Origin: an uncultured bacterium
GTDB taxonomy: Bacteria; Bacteroidota; Bacteroidia; CAILMK01
Length of the DNA: 64,000 bases
Assembly: GCA_903829945.1 (NCBI GenBank)
Contig: CAIKRV010000011.1
Span: 14,255 to 78,254 of the forward strand
Reading direction: 5' to 3'
The notes under the pieces: generated by a model
Seen by the model: the letters and a program-made list of their open reading frames with translations, nothing else
Databases searched by the model: none
Told to the model about the DNA's origin: nothing
Translations under genes and position numbers: made by a program
Shown here: one piece after another, positions 47,938-58,170 of the stretch
How positions within the stretch are numbered: the first letter of the stretch is position 1
How the letters are laid out: every line of letters starts with the position of its first letter

Positions 47938-49701
47938 ATGGAATTTAAAAGACTCTTTGATGCCATGTACTGTCAATTGGAAAGATATCCAAATGATACA
48001 GCATTGGCTGAGCGTGTTGGAAATGAATGGGTACGATATTCCACCGCGGATTGTATAAATAATATTAATAATATTAGCAAAGCTCTTTTTGCTATGGGAA
48101 TCCGGGAAGGTGATATGATTGGTATTATTTCACCTAATAGGCCCATCTGGAATTTTCTGGATATGGGAGCAACACAGCTAGGGGCTGTGGTTGTACCCAT
48201 TTATGTAAATATCAGTATTGAAGAATACAAATTCATTTTTCAAGATTCAGGAATAAAAATTGCCTTTGTAGGTGATAAAAATTTATACCATAAAATAAAT
48301 AGCTTAGCTCCTGAGTTGCCGGACTTACAACATTTATATTGTTTGAATGAATATGAAGGGATCCCTTTCTGGAAAGATATTATTCCTTTAGGTTTGCCTA
48401 TTCCTGATGAGGAAATTGAAATGATGAAAGCTAAAGTTAGCGAAGATCAATTGGCCACCATCATTTATACTTCAGGAACCACCGGCATACCCAAAGGCGT
48501 AATGTTATCCCATAAAAACATTGTCCATAATGCAGTATTTTCAGGTGAAATAATTCCATTAAAACCATACCAAAGAACCATTAGTTTTTTACCCATATGC
48601 CATGTTTTTGAAAGAACCGTTTGCTATTTGTGTATTTATTTTGGAGCTTCCATTCATTACATAGAAAAGATGGAAACTTTGGGTGATATGTTGAAAGATG
48701 TAAAACCACATTTTTTCAGTACGGTTCCCCGAATTATGGAAAAATTATATGAAAGGATAGTCAGTAAAGGTAATGATTTAAAAGGCATACAGCGAAGTAT
48801 TTTTAATTGGTCATTGGCATTGGCGGAACAATATGGTACGCCGGCGAGTAAAAACGTTTTTTACAAATTTCAACTATCGCTGGCCGATCGTTTAGTTTTT
48901 ACCAAATGGAGGGCTGCCACCGGTGGAGAATTATTCGGAATAGTATCAGGAGCTGCAGCTTTACAACCACGACTTGCACGTATATTTTCAGCAGCAGGAA
49001 TACCGGTAAAGGAAGGATATGGACAATCAGAATCTTCCCCGGTTGTAGCCGTAAATAGGTTTGAACACAAAGGATATAAGTTTGGCACGGTGGGCCCTCC
49101 TATTCCGGGCGTGGAATTAAAAATTGCTGACGATGGTGAAATATTAGTTAAGGGCAGTAATGTGATGATGGGCTATTATAAGCGTCCTGACCTCACTGCT
49201 GATACCATAGATCAAGACGGATGGTTGCATACGGGTGATGTAGGAAAATTTGAAGAGGGCTTTTTAAAAATAACAGATCGAAAAAAAGAATTATTTAAAA
49301 CTTCCGGTGGTAAATATGTGGCTCCTCAAGTCATCGAAAATAAATTTAAGGAATCCTTTTATGTAGAGCAAATCATGGTCATTGGTGAAAACAAAAAAAC
49401 CATTTCGGCTATGATCGTACCGGCCTTCGGGACTTTAAAGAAATGGTGTGAAGAACATGGAGTTCCGCATGATCATAAAGAAGAAATGCTCAATCATCCA
49501 TTGGTGATTAAACTTTTTGCCAAGATTAGAGATGAATTTAATAAATCATTCAGTGACGTAGAAAAGGTTAAAAAATTTATATTATTACCCGATGAGTGGA
49601 CCATTGATACCGGTGAAATGACGCCCACCCTAAAGTTGAAACGGAAATTCATCATGGAAAAGTATGCAACTGTGGTAGCGGATTTATATAATGAATCCTA
49701 A
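47938..49701 (+). CDS. Long-chain fatty-acid--CoA ligase (AMP-dependent synthetase/ligase).
   Basis: The AMP-binding motif I is IIYTSGTTGIPKGVML and motif II is EGYGQSE...GYY...DGWLHTGD. The length is 587 aa. Confidence 0.8.
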   Translation: MEFKRLFDAMYCQLERYPNDTALAERVGNEWVRYSTADCINNINNISKALFAMGIREGDMIGIISPNRPIWNFLDMGATQLGAVVVPIYVNISIEEYKFIFQDSGIKIAFVGDKNLYHKINSLAPELPDLQHLYCLNEYEGIPFWKDIIPLGLPIPDEEIEMMKAKVSEDQLATIIYTSGTTGIPKGVMLSHKNIVHNAVFSGEIIPLKPYQRTISFLPICHVFERTVCYLCIYFGASIHYIEKMETLGDMLKDVKPHFFSTVPRIMEKLYERIVSKGNDLKGIQRSIFNWSLALAEQYGTPASKNVFYKFQLSLADRLVFTKWRAATGGELFGIVSGAAALQPRLARIFSAAGIPVKEGYGQSESSPVVAVNRFEHKGYKFGTVGPPIPGVELKIADDGEILVKGSNVMMGYYKRPDLTADTIDQDGWLHTGDVGKFEEGFLKITDRKKELFKTSGGKYVAPQVIENKFKESFYVEQIMVIGENKKTISAMIVPAFGTLKKWCEEHGVPHDHKEEMLNHPLVIKLFAKIRDEFNKSFSDVEKVKKFILLPDEWTIDTGEMTPTLKLKRKFIMEKYATVVADLYNES

Positions 49702-49702
49702 T

Positions 49703-50335
49703 TTATCCAAAGGTATAAGTGAATACGTAGTTTTCTTCAAACTGATAAAAAACATTTAAATTTTTTAAATAATCATCCTTCTGAATGGATGCATGAAGCA
49801 TACCTGAATTTTGCAAATCAAATGGAGCAATTTGCATATGCGCTTTAAAATCTAATTGCTTTCTGCCGTAATACTTATAAAGGCTTTCCTTTGCACTCCA
49901 AAACAAATGAATTTTATTTAGTTTTTCATTAGGGTTTGATATGGTTAACCATTCCTCGGTATTTATAAACTTAGGAGCAATTTGTTCTATTCTTGTTTCC
50001 AATTTATGAACATCAATGCCACATGAAAAAGGTGAAATCATAACTGCCGCATATTCGTGCGAATGGGAAATGGATATATGCTTATTAGAGCCCTCAATAA
50101 ATGGTTTTCCGAAAGTATCCTTAACTAAAAACACATTGTCTGTATGCAATATTTCTTTAATCATTTTTCTGCATGCAATCCAAGATAAGCGCGCTTTATT
50201 TGCCTTAATTTGGGCTAACTCTTCGGCTTCTAACGCACTAAATTGCATGCCCTCCAGCAATGCTTTTTCATCTTCTGTAATATGCCATAATAATATGGAA
50301 TAATCAGGATGTTCAATGTGGTTAATTAAAGCCAT
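49703..50335 (-). CDS. 4'-phosphopantetheinyl transferase superfamily protein (Sfp-type).
   Basis: PPTase motifs are present as FSCGIDVHKLE (GxD) and FWSAKESLYKYYG (WxxKEAxxK). The length is 210 aa. Confidence 0.6.
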   Translation of the reverse strand: MALINHIEHPDYSILLWHITEDEKALLEGMQFSALEAEELAQIKANKARLSWIACRKMIKEILHTDNVFLVKDTFGKPFIEGSNKHISISHSHEYAAVMISPFSCGIDVHKLETRIEQIAPKFINTEEWLTISNPNEKLNKIHLFWSAKESLYKYYGRKQLDFKAHMQIAPFDLQNSGMLHASIQKDDYLKNLNVFYQFEENYVFTYTFG

Positions 50336-50403
50336 AATGGTTCAAAGATAATTATAAGTGCTTTAGTATTTGAAAATTTATTTACAAAGCCTAAGTTTGC
50401 TCT

Positions 50404-51306
50404 GTGAACGCAAATTTTCAAAAAATTCTTGAATTTCCGGGCCATAAAGATGCTATTTATGCCCTTTGCAGTATTGCCGGAAGTAATATTTTCTTTTCAG
50501 CAGGTGGCGATGGTTTTATTGTATCTTGGGATTTAGATAAACCATCGGATCCGGGAAAAGTGATTGCTCAGGTGAATTCCAGTGTTTATTCCTTGGTTTA
50601 TTTGGAACATAAACAACAATTATTGGCAGGGACACGGAATGGCGATGTATATTTATTTGACTTAATAAATAATGCCTTACTTGCTCAGATAAATCTGAAA
50701 TCTGAGATTTATTCCCTCCTACATTTAAATGAAACCATTTACGCAGGAAATGCAAGTGGGGAAATTTATGTGCTCAATGAAAAATTGGAAATTTTAGTTT
50801 CAGAAAAAATCTCTCAAAAAAGTTGTAGAGTTATTATTCCCTTCAAAAATGGAATGCTTGCCAGTGGATGGAGTGATCATTTAATTAGAATTTTAAATAT
50901 TTCAAATTTAGCAGTTGAGGAAACTTTAGAAGGGCATGCCAACTCAGTATTTTCCTTAGCTTTTGATAACACTCATCTTATTTTATTTTCTGGGGGAAGA
51001 GATGCCCATATGAAGATGTGGGATGCAAAAGGTACCATTAGCGAGGTAATGAGTATACCGGCGCATTGGTATACTGTCAATAACCTGAAACTTTCGCCTG
51101 ATAAAGAATTTTTGGCGAGTGCCAGTAGAGATAAAACAGTTAAAATTTGGGATACAACTTCCTTAAAACTTTTAAAGGTATTGGACGCTGAAAGGCATGG
51201 CGGGCATACACATTCAGTAAATATACTACATTGGCTGAATAATCATATTTTAATCTCCGCAGGAGATGATAAAAAAATAGAAGTTTGGAGTTTAGAAGCT
51301 TTTTAG
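50404..51306 (+). CDS. WD40-repeat beta-propeller protein.
   Basis: Repeated GH...WD units are visible, including SASRDKTVKIWD and AGDDKKIEVWS. The length is 300 aa. Confidence 0.6.
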   Translation: MNANFQKILEFPGHKDAIYALCSIAGSNIFFSAGGDGFIVSWDLDKPSDPGKVIAQVNSSVYSLVYLEHKQQLLAGTRNGDVYLFDLINNALLAQINLKSEIYSLLHLNETIYAGNASGEIYVLNEKLEILVSEKISQKSCRVIIPFKNGMLASGWSDHLIRILNISNLAVEETLEGHANSVFSLAFDNTHLILFSGGRDAHMKMWDAKGTISEVMSIPAHWYTVNNLKLSPDKEFLASASRDKTVKIWDTTSLKLLKVLDAERHGGHTHSVNILHWLNNHILISAGDDKKIEVWSLEAF

Positions 51307-51932
51307 TCAAAAATATAAATATTCTGAACTTCATTGGTATCGCTTCTCATCACATTTAAATCGTGTATTAATCCATCGCCCACATCATAAACCCAACCAT
51401 GCAATACAGGCATATTATTTCTCTTCCATGCCTCCTGGATGACTGATGTTTTAGATAAATTATTAACTTGTTCTATCACTGAAATTTCAACCAAACGCCT
51501 TTGTCGTTCACGTATGGAAGGAATAGCATCCAATTCCGCTTGGTACAGTCTATAAACATCTTTAATGTTGGTTAGCCAATTATCAATAAACCCAAAACTT
51601 TTGTTGGACATTGCTGCAGCAATACCGCCACATTCATAATGACCGCAGACTATAACATGTTTTACTTTCAACACATCAACAGCATAGTGGAGTACACTTA
51701 ATAAGTTTATGTCCGTATGCACCACCAAGTTTGCAATATTTCTATGAACAAAAATCTGACCCGGTTTAGTATTAGTAATTTGATCCGCAGGCACCCTACT
51801 ATCCGAACAACCAATCCATAAAAACTCAGGTTTATGTTCACTGGCCAAATCTGCAAAAAAATTCGGATCGAGGTCCAGCTTTTGCTTTACCCAATTTTTA
51901 TTATTTTCAATTAGTTTTTGGTAGGATTCCAT
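51303..51932 (-). CDS. Beta-class carbonic anhydrase.
   Basis: The zinc-ligand motifs are CSDSRVPADQI and HYECGGIAAA (HxxCGG). The length is 209 aa. Confidence 0.85.
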   Translation of the reverse strand: MESYQKLIENNKNWVKQKLDLDPNFFADLASEHKPEFLWIGCSDSRVPADQITNTKPGQIFVHRNIANLVVHTDINLLSVLHYAVDVLKVKHVIVCGHYECGGIAAAMSNKSFGFIDNWLTNIKDVYRLYQAELDAIPSIRERQRRLVEISVIEQVNNLSKTSVIQEAWKRNNMPVLHGWVYDVGDGLIHDLNVMRSDTNEVQNIYIFD

Positions 51933-52082
51933 AATGAGTAAATGAGGGGTTGATAAGTTGTAGCAAAATTATAAAAGAATTAGTCAATTTTAACTTATTC
52001 TTTTGAACCAAGCCATATAAATATAAAATAAAAATGTTTCGGTTCTGTTAGTCCGTAAAATGTTTTGATTACAAAACACAGA

Positions 52083-52961
52083 TCATTTTTCAACTACTTG
52101 TGAATCAACCACAGCACCCCTATTATTTTCCGTTCTAAACGGACGAATTTCCTTTACGATTCCTATCCAAGAAAGCAAGGTCAATAAATAAAAGGTAAAA
52201 TCAATTTCCCACCATTTATACCCTTGCCTACATGAACTTTTGCAAAAATGATGATTATTATGCCAACCTTCTCCTAAGGTAATTAAGGCTAACCACCAAT
52301 TATTTCTGCTCTGATCATTGGTAGGGAACCTCCTGGTTCCGTATACATGAGCTAGGGAGTTTATGCAATAGCTAGCTTGATACTGAGCAATTAGCACTAA
52401 CAAATAACCCCAAGTCAAAAATCCAAACGCAGATAAATATGCATTTTCATGGTGAAGGCTGCCCCAAATAAAACCTAAAAAGAACATAATTAATGCATAA
52501 ATCGAGGTGGGAATCCAATAATATTTATCCAAAAAAACCAATTCGGGAAATTTTCCAAAGTCTGCAATTTTCTTTGGGTCATAACTTTGTGATGCAGGGT
52601 CAAAAATCCATCCCATATGTGCATACCAAAAACCTCTCTTAACGGGAGAATGCAAATCTTTATCAGTATCTGAATACAAATGATGGTCGCGATGATTTGC
52701 AGCCCACCATAAAACGCCTTTTTGAGCCGAAGATTCTGCCATCCATGCCATGATAAATTGAGGTATTCTGCCTAATTTATAAGACCGATGACTAAAATAC
52801 CGATGATAACCACCGGTAATAAAGAACATTCCAAAAAAATAATTTACGATAAAAATAAGAAGGTAGAGCTTATGAAATGGCAATAAAATAGCACATACCA
52901 ATGCAAGGAAATGAATGAGAATGTAAAGGTAAAAGGCAAAAGATAACCCAAAAATTTTCAT
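52083..52961 (-). CDS. Acyl-CoA/acyl-lipid delta-9-type fatty-acid desaturase (membrane di-iron).
   Basis: The three His boxes are HRYFSHRS, HRDHH and HNNHH. Four TM helices are predicted. The length is 292 aa. Confidence 0.8.
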   Translation of the reverse strand: MKIFGLSFAFYLYILIHFLALVCAILLPFHKLYLLIFIVNYFFGMFFITGGYHRYFSHRSYKLGRIPQFIMAWMAESSAQKGVLWWAANHRDHHLYSDTDKDLHSPVKRGFWYAHMGWIFDPASQSYDPKKIADFGKFPELVFLDKYYWIPTSIYALIMFFLGFIWGSLHHENAYLSAFGFLTWGYLLVLIAQYQASYCINSLAHVYGTRRFPTNDQSRNNWWLALITLGEGWHNNHHFCKSSCRQGYKWWEIDFTFYLLTLLSWIGIVKEIRPFRTENNRGAVVDSQVVEK

Positions 52962-53053
52962 TGTTCTTCTTTTAACAAATTTAACGAAGATTATTAAAAT
53001 GTAAAATAAATAAATTGTTTATGTAATTTGCACCTAAATATTTCAAAGTAAAA

Positions 53054-54079
53054 ATGGAAGATATCCTTGACCGTACCTACGCAGCACAGCAGTTTTTCTT
53101 TCAGCAAATAAGAGATAAACTACCGCCACATATTTCTTTGGTGGATGAAATGGAAGAATTGTTGGAGATCAGCCAAGATAGTGCCTATAGAAGAATAAGA
53201 GGAGAAAAGGAATTATCCTTTGGCGAAATGCAAAAATTAGTAGCACATTTTGGTGTTTCTGCTGATATTGCTTTTAATGCGGCCTCTGAAAATATAGTAA
53301 GCTTCAAATATAATCCTTTAAATAGTCACACCTTTACAATGAAGGATTATATCAACTCAGCCTTGGATACCGTAAAAGGTATTTCTGATAAGGCTTCTTG
53401 TAAAATGATTTATGCTGCTAAGGATATTCCCTTGTTTCATTATTTTATTTTCGATGAAATTGGTGCATTTAAAATGTTTGTTTGGCAGAAAACTTTGCTC
53501 GGATTTCCTGAGTTTGAACACAAATATTTTTCTCTGGCCAGTGTAGATACGGAATTATTAACGCTCGGGAAAAAACTTTTAAAAGAATATAATCAGTTCC
53601 CATCAGTTGAATTATGGAACGAAGAAACCATCAATAGCATTCTTCGCCAATTGGAATTTTATTGTGAAGGCAGATTATTTGATGATATGCTTGAAGCAAA
53701 AATAATTCTTGATAAAATTGAAGAATATGTAGAGCATCTTAGAAAACAAGCCGAGTCCGGTCATAAGATTGGGATAGGGCCTGATCAAAAGAAGATGGGT
53801 AGTTTTGAAATGTACAATAATGAAGTATTTTTATCGGATAATACCATCCTTGCTACTTCAGGAGATAAAAAGATCACATTTCTTACGCATAATGCTTTGA
53901 ATTTTTTAACTACTACCAACAATAAATTTTGTGATACCACACATGAATGGTTCAATAATTTAATTAAAAGAAGTAGCCTCATTTCGAGCGTATCCGAGAA
54001 ACAAAGAAATCAATTCTTTAGTCGAATTCAATTGAGAATTAAACAAACCAGAGATAAGATAAAATACATGATTGATTAA
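53054..54079 (+). CDS. XRE-type helix-turn-helix protein with an uncharacterised 270-aa C-terminal domain.
   Basis: The HTH is LLEISQDSAYRRIRGEKELSFGEMQKLVAHFGVS, and the rest has no recognisable motif. It is divergent from the desaturase gene across a 92-bp gap. Confidence 0.45.
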   Translation: MEDILDRTYAAQQFFFQQIRDKLPPHISLVDEMEELLEISQDSAYRRIRGEKELSFGEMQKLVAHFGVSADIAFNAASENIVSFKYNPLNSHTFTMKDYINSALDTVKGISDKASCKMIYAAKDIPLFHYFIFDEIGAFKMFVWQKTLLGFPEFEHKYFSLASVDTELLTLGKKLLKEYNQFPSVELWNEETINSILRQLEFYCEGRLFDDMLEAKIILDKIEEYVEHLRKQAESGHKIGIGPDQKKMGSFEMYNNEVFLSDNTILATSGDKKITFLTHNALNFLTTTNNKFCDTTHEWFNNLIKRSSLISSVSEKQRNQFFSRIQLRIKQTRDKIKYMID

Positions 54080-54095
54080 TTTCTTTCTGACAAAA

Positions 54096-54130
54096 TAAAA
54101 AAGCTCGAACCTTAGGTTCGAGCTTTTTTA
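54096..54130. terminator. Bidirectional rho-independent terminator.
   Basis: aaaaaagctcgaacc-ttag-gttcgagctttttt, an 11-bp GC-containing stem flanked by an A-run and a T-run, between convergent genes. Confidence 0.85.
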
Positions 54131-54147
54131 TTTATTGTATTTTGATT

Positions 54148-56262
54148 TTAATTTAGAATCAACTTACTTGAGGTAACACCTGTGTTACTATTAATGCTTA
54201 TAAAATATAAACCTTTCGGTAAATTCTCAAGATTAATTCTTTGAGCATTGGCATTAGCCACAATTTTTGAACTATATACCAACCTTCCAAAAGCATCAAA
54301 AATTCTTAATTGAGAAATACCTTCCTTACTATCGCTAAGGCTAACATCAAAAATACCTGAATTCGGATTTGGATAAATTTTTAATTCTGCAACATTATTT
54401 TTGATCGGCTCAATGCCGGTACATACTGCCACCACCATATCTTTCATTATGGAATCAGAACAATATGCATCACTTAATTTTAGCATGATGTGCTTTGTTC
54501 CTACAGAATCATAAACTCTAATAGGATTTTGAACACTAGTAGTGGTATCTCCAAGATTCCAAATTCTTTTGGCATTAGCAGGCACATTAGATTTATCATA
54601 AAAATAAGTTTTGCTTCCTGCACAAGCCGTATCTTTAATTACCGCACTTACAATAAATGGATTTAACGTTACTGAATCCACAACTCCACCGGCACCATTT
54701 ACAATAATAACAACATATTTACCCGGACCCTTTGCAACAATGGAATCACTGGTACTGCTGCTATCATAATTCCAGCGATAAATAGCGCCCTTATTTCCGG
54801 CCCCGGCACGTAATACCACCGGTCCGCAATAAGAACGACCTTGTTTATTTATGGTTCGAATAGGGTTATAAGATGAACCGCATTTTTTACCCGGAGAAGC
54901 ATATACTTTTAAGCCCGACAAGGTATCTACAAAATCCGCAGAGGCAGTCCAACTGAAAGTAGTATCAAATGCGTTACATCGAACTACTGAAGAGCCTCCA
55001 CCATTTGCAGAAGGTGGCCAAGGGTAGGTATTGGTATAGGTAAATGAATCTAAATAATCCCCGGTGGTATTTTTTAAATGGACTGGGCTTCCGGAATTAA
55101 TTAATTTAGCACCGGAATCCCATTGGTACGCATGCATTTTTGATACTTTATAATAGAAACTATCAAATAATAATGAGTCACGGGCAATTAAAAAATAATG
55201 CCCCGGCAACACTAATTTTTGGGGCAATACCATGGTAATGCCTTTGGTAAATTGCAAACCTCCTATTGGTAAGGTATCAGTGGTATAATTGTACAATTCT
55301 ATAAATTCCAAGTTTCGTGTGCCCGGATTATTATACATAAATTCTGTTACCTTAATTCCTTTTTTCATTCCATTAAACAAAAACCTATAGGTTTGCGGAA
55401 TGATCATTAAATTACCTGAGGTATCTCTGATGCTATCAATGGTGATGGTATAATAATTTCCGTCCTTTAAGGATTTACCTAAGTAAATTGTTAAGGTATC
55501 CAAGGTTACTGTCAATTTCGCAGAATCTGCATGTTTAACTGCATTTCCGGAATAATGTTTCAAAGTATCTGCCGATTTACTGATCGGCTTACTAAAAATA
55601 ATTTTAATATGATGACTGGTCGATGTATAAACGGAAACCACTACCGGAGGAGTAGTGTCTTTCCCATTTCCACTACATCCGTATCCAGGATTTCCTCTCA
55701 TTGCTTTGCCATTGACAGTAGCAATATAATTAGTAGCAGTTGACCAATTCCATGGACCGTGTTCACTTTTAGTTTCATCACATAAGACCAGAGAAGGTCC
55801 ATTGCCGGCAGCATTTTTAGGCCATGGCTTTTTTACCCCATATAAAACGGTATCTACCACCTTGCCACTTGGATCTAAAATCCCAATGGATTCACCAGAA
55901 TTGCTTAAGCCACCTGAAGTCCACTGCCAACCATGAGCGGAATGCTTAGTTATTGCATCTAATTTTATAGAATCTTTACAAAACAATATTCTCCCCTTTG
56001 AGGCTAAAACCACCCCTTTGGGAATGGTATATACTACGCCTTGTAAAGTATATCCGCCTAAATTTATTGCATTTGAAGTAGTATTGTAAACTTCAAAATA
56101 TTCAAACGTATCAGGTGTTTCAGGTGGGTCATACATGATCTCGGTAATTTTAAGATCACCGCTTTTTGCATATTTTTGTGCAGAGGCATTTATTGTAATA
56201 ATTAAGCCAAGGCAACACAATAATAAAATTCTCTTCATATTTTCGCAATAATTAAAAGGCAA
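54148..56262 (-). CDS. T9SS type A C-terminal-domain cargo protein with two lamin-tail (LTD) domains and Ig/PKD-like domains.
   Basis: The C-terminal Por_Secre_tail is ...LKIYPNPNSGIFDV...LPKGLYFISINSNTGVTSSKLILN. The two LTD units are ITEIMYDPPETPDTFEYFEVYNT and VTEFMYNNPGTRNLEFIELYNY. The signal peptide probably starts at MKRILLLCCLG. Confidence 0.75.
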   Translation of the reverse strand: MPFNYCENMKRILLLCCLGLIITINASAQKYAKSGDLKITEIMYDPPETPDTFEYFEVYNTTSNAINLGGYTLQGVVYTIPKGVVLASKGRILFCKDSIKLDAITKHSAHGWQWTSGGLSNSGESIGILDPSGKVVDTVLYGVKKPWPKNAAGNGPSLVLCDETKSEHGPWNWSTATNYIATVNGKAMRGNPGYGCSGNGKDTTPPVVVSVYTSTSHHIKIIFSKPISKSADTLKHYSGNAVKHADSAKLTVTLDTLTIYLGKSLKDGNYYTITIDSIRDTSGNLMIIPQTYRFLFNGMKKGIKVTEFMYNNPGTRNLEFIELYNYTTDTLPIGGLQFTKGITMVLPQKLVLPGHYFLIARDSLLFDSFYYKVSKMHAYQWDSGAKLINSGSPVHLKNTTGDYLDSFTYTNTYPWPPSANGGGSSVVRCNAFDTTFSWTASADFVDTLSGLKVYASPGKKCGSSYNPIRTINKQGRSYCGPVVLRAGAGNKGAIYRWNYDSSSTSDSIVAKGPGKYVVIIVNGAGGVVDSVTLNPFIVSAVIKDTACAGSKTYFYDKSNVPANAKRIWNLGDTTTSVQNPIRVYDSVGTKHIMLKLSDAYCSDSIMKDMVVAVCTGIEPIKNNVAELKIYPNPNSGIFDVSLSDSKEGISQLRIFDAFGRLVYSSKIVANANAQRINLENLPKGLYFISINSNTGVTSSKLILN

Positions 56263-56306
56263 ATATAAGTTTCCTTCATGACTTTCTGAGGGATAAAACC
56301 AACAAA

Positions 56307-56825
56307 ATGACAGCCATTGATAAAAATAAAATCCATCCGTATACGCTTAGCATATTGCTGCTCGGAATATTCCCCGGTGGATTTTCTTTATTTTATTTCA
56401 TCAATCGCAGTATAATAAGCCTTGAAATTATTTTAGGCTCAATAATTTTATTGGGCTCATTATCAATTGTTTTACATTTTATTATCTTTAAAAAAGGTGA
56501 ACGATACCTTGGGGAAGTTATTTTTTACTCCCTAGGCGGTTGGGGCATTATACTAACCACATTTTTGATGGCCATCAATTTTTATTTTCATCATACCCCC
56601 ATCGTCAAGGAATATGCCATCATTAATAGAGAGGCGGAAGGAACAAACCAATTTTCAATTCCTTATTATGGTTCAATAAACAACGAGAAATATCGAGGAT
56701 ATTCGTATCTTCTTAATTTTGAAGAAGATGAGATAACAAATATAAGTAATAATCCCAGGGCAAGGATTACGGAAGCTACAGGTTGCCTTGGCTTTGATAT
56801 TATATTAAACAAGGAACTTCATTAA
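56307..56825 (+). CDS. Hypothetical membrane protein (172 aa, three TM helices).
   Basis: Hydrophobic helices and no recognisable motif. Confidence 0.4.
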   Translation: MTAIDKNKIHPYTLSILLLGIFPGGFSLFYFINRSIISLEIILGSIILLGSLSIVLHFIIFKKGERYLGEVIFYSLGGWGIILTTFLMAINFYFHHTPIVKEYAIINREAEGTNQFSIPYYGSINNEKYRGYSYLLNFEEDEITNISNNPRARITEATGCLGFDIILNKELH

Positions 56826-56998
56826 TATTTATGTGCTCATGCGTATCATTATCCACACATAAACTAGGTTTTTGTGCAATTGAGGCACTTTTTTGATGTG
56901 TTTATATGTTTTAAAGGTTCAAAATGCTTGAATTTTGACCAAATCTGTGGAAAATTTAATAATAGCTGTGATAGTTTCTTGTGTAAATTGCGTTCGAA

Positions 56999-57394
56999 AT
57001 GGGCAATACTTATAAAGCAATAACGAATGATGTAAAAGTGATTGTAGAATCATTTTATCAGGATTCTGCCTCCTATCCGGATAGCATGCATTATGTATTT
57101 GCCTATAGAATCACCATAGAAAATCATAGCGAACATACCATCAAACTTTTACGCCGCCATTGGTATATTATAGATGGTGATGGTGCCAAAAGTGAGGTGG
57201 AAGGTGAAGGCGTAATAGGTCAACAACCAATTTTAGAGCCGGAACAAATACATCAATATGTTTCAGGCTGTAATCTTCATACCGAAATTGGTAAAATGTT
57301 TGGAACTTACCTCATGGAAAAGATTTCAGATGGCACTACCTTTTATGTAGAGATTCCGGAATTTTTGATGGTAGCACCCTATAGATATAATTAA
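56999..57394 (+). CDS. apaG: ApaG (DUF525) domain protein.
   Basis: YAFAYRITIENHSEHTIKLLRRHWYIIDGDGAKSEVEGEGVIGQQPIL matches the ApaG core. The length is 131 aa. Confidence 0.7.
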   Translation: MGNTYKAITNDVKVIVESFYQDSASYPDSMHYVFAYRITIENHSEHTIKLLRRHWYIIDGDGAKSEVEGEGVIGQQPILEPEQIHQYVSGCNLHTEIGKMFGTYLMEKISDGTTFYVEIPEFLMVAPYRYN

Positions 57395-57408
57395 TAAATA
57401 AGCTTATA

Positions 57409-57447
57409 AAAAGAAAGCCGGTGCACTATTGCACCGGCTTTCTTTTT
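57409..57447. terminator. Bidirectional rho-independent terminator.
   Basis: aagaaagccggtgca-ctat-tgcaccggctttctt, a 15-bp stem flanked by A-rich and T-rich sequence, between convergent genes. Confidence 0.85.
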
Positions 57448-57460
57448 ATGTTCAATTTAA

Positions 57461-58072
57461 TTATTCGGTAGGCATATCAGTATATCCGTCTTTTTCTTCC
57501 GTATTAGCACCATTCTGGTTCATAATTTTCTTCTTATTCACAACATATTTATGTGGGAATAAATTCTTGGTATTTAAATCATAATCCTTATTGACATACT
57601 TATGTGCTGCTTGATCATACTTAATGATAGTTAGCATTTTATGATCTTTTCTCATCGTATAAATTAACAATAAAGGCTCACCGTTATTAGCTGAATTTAG
57701 TTGATAGAAAAAAACGGCGTCCTCCCCGGAATAACCCTTTAAATCCAATTTATAAAGTGTGACCCAATCATCTAATTTTGCATCATAAACTACAATGGTA
57801 CAAATTTGACCACCCGCTGATGACAGTTTGTAAATGATAGTATCCACTACCCCATCCTTATCAAAATCATAAGTAGTAAGAGGCATAGCCTTTTTCATTA
57901 CATTTATTTTCATTTTTTTATCTGCCGGATGGTCCTGCGGATAACCTTTTACGTAATCCACAATTCTGAAATCAGCAGCAGCCTGCCCTTTGACGATAAG
58001 GCTAAAACACAATAAGGTTAGTGATATTAAAAAAGTCTTTTTCATGATATTGTCATTAAATAAGGGTTGCAA
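57461..58072 (-). CDS. Secreted hypothetical protein.
   Basis: The signal peptide is MKKTFLISLTLLCFSLIVKGQ, from the internal Met. The protein is about 194 aa with no recognisable motif. Confidence 0.45.
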   Translation of the reverse strand: MQPLFNDNIMKKTFLISLTLLCFSLIVKGQAAADFRIVDYVKGYPQDHPADKKMKINVMKKAMPLTTYDFDKDGVVDTIIYKLSSAGGQICTIVVYDAKLDDWVTLYKLDLKGYSGEDAVFFYQLNSANNGEPLLLIYTMRKDHKMLTIIKYDQAAHKYVNKDYDLNTKNLFPHKYVVNKKKIMNQNGANTEEKDGYTDMPTE

Positions 58073-58112
58073 TTTACAAGAAAAAATATTTATCTTACCC
58101 CTTCCCGGTATT

Positions 58113-58153
58113 AAAAATGCAAAGCCCGAATAGTATTTCCATTCGGGCTTTGC
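58113..58153 (-). terminator. Rho-independent terminator of the giant T9SS gene.
   Basis: gcaaagcccgaat-agtatttcc-attcgggctttgc, with a T5 tail on the minus strand (plus-strand aaaaa at 58113-58117). Confidence 0.7.
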
Positions 58154-58170
58154 AATTAAAATGATTAATT

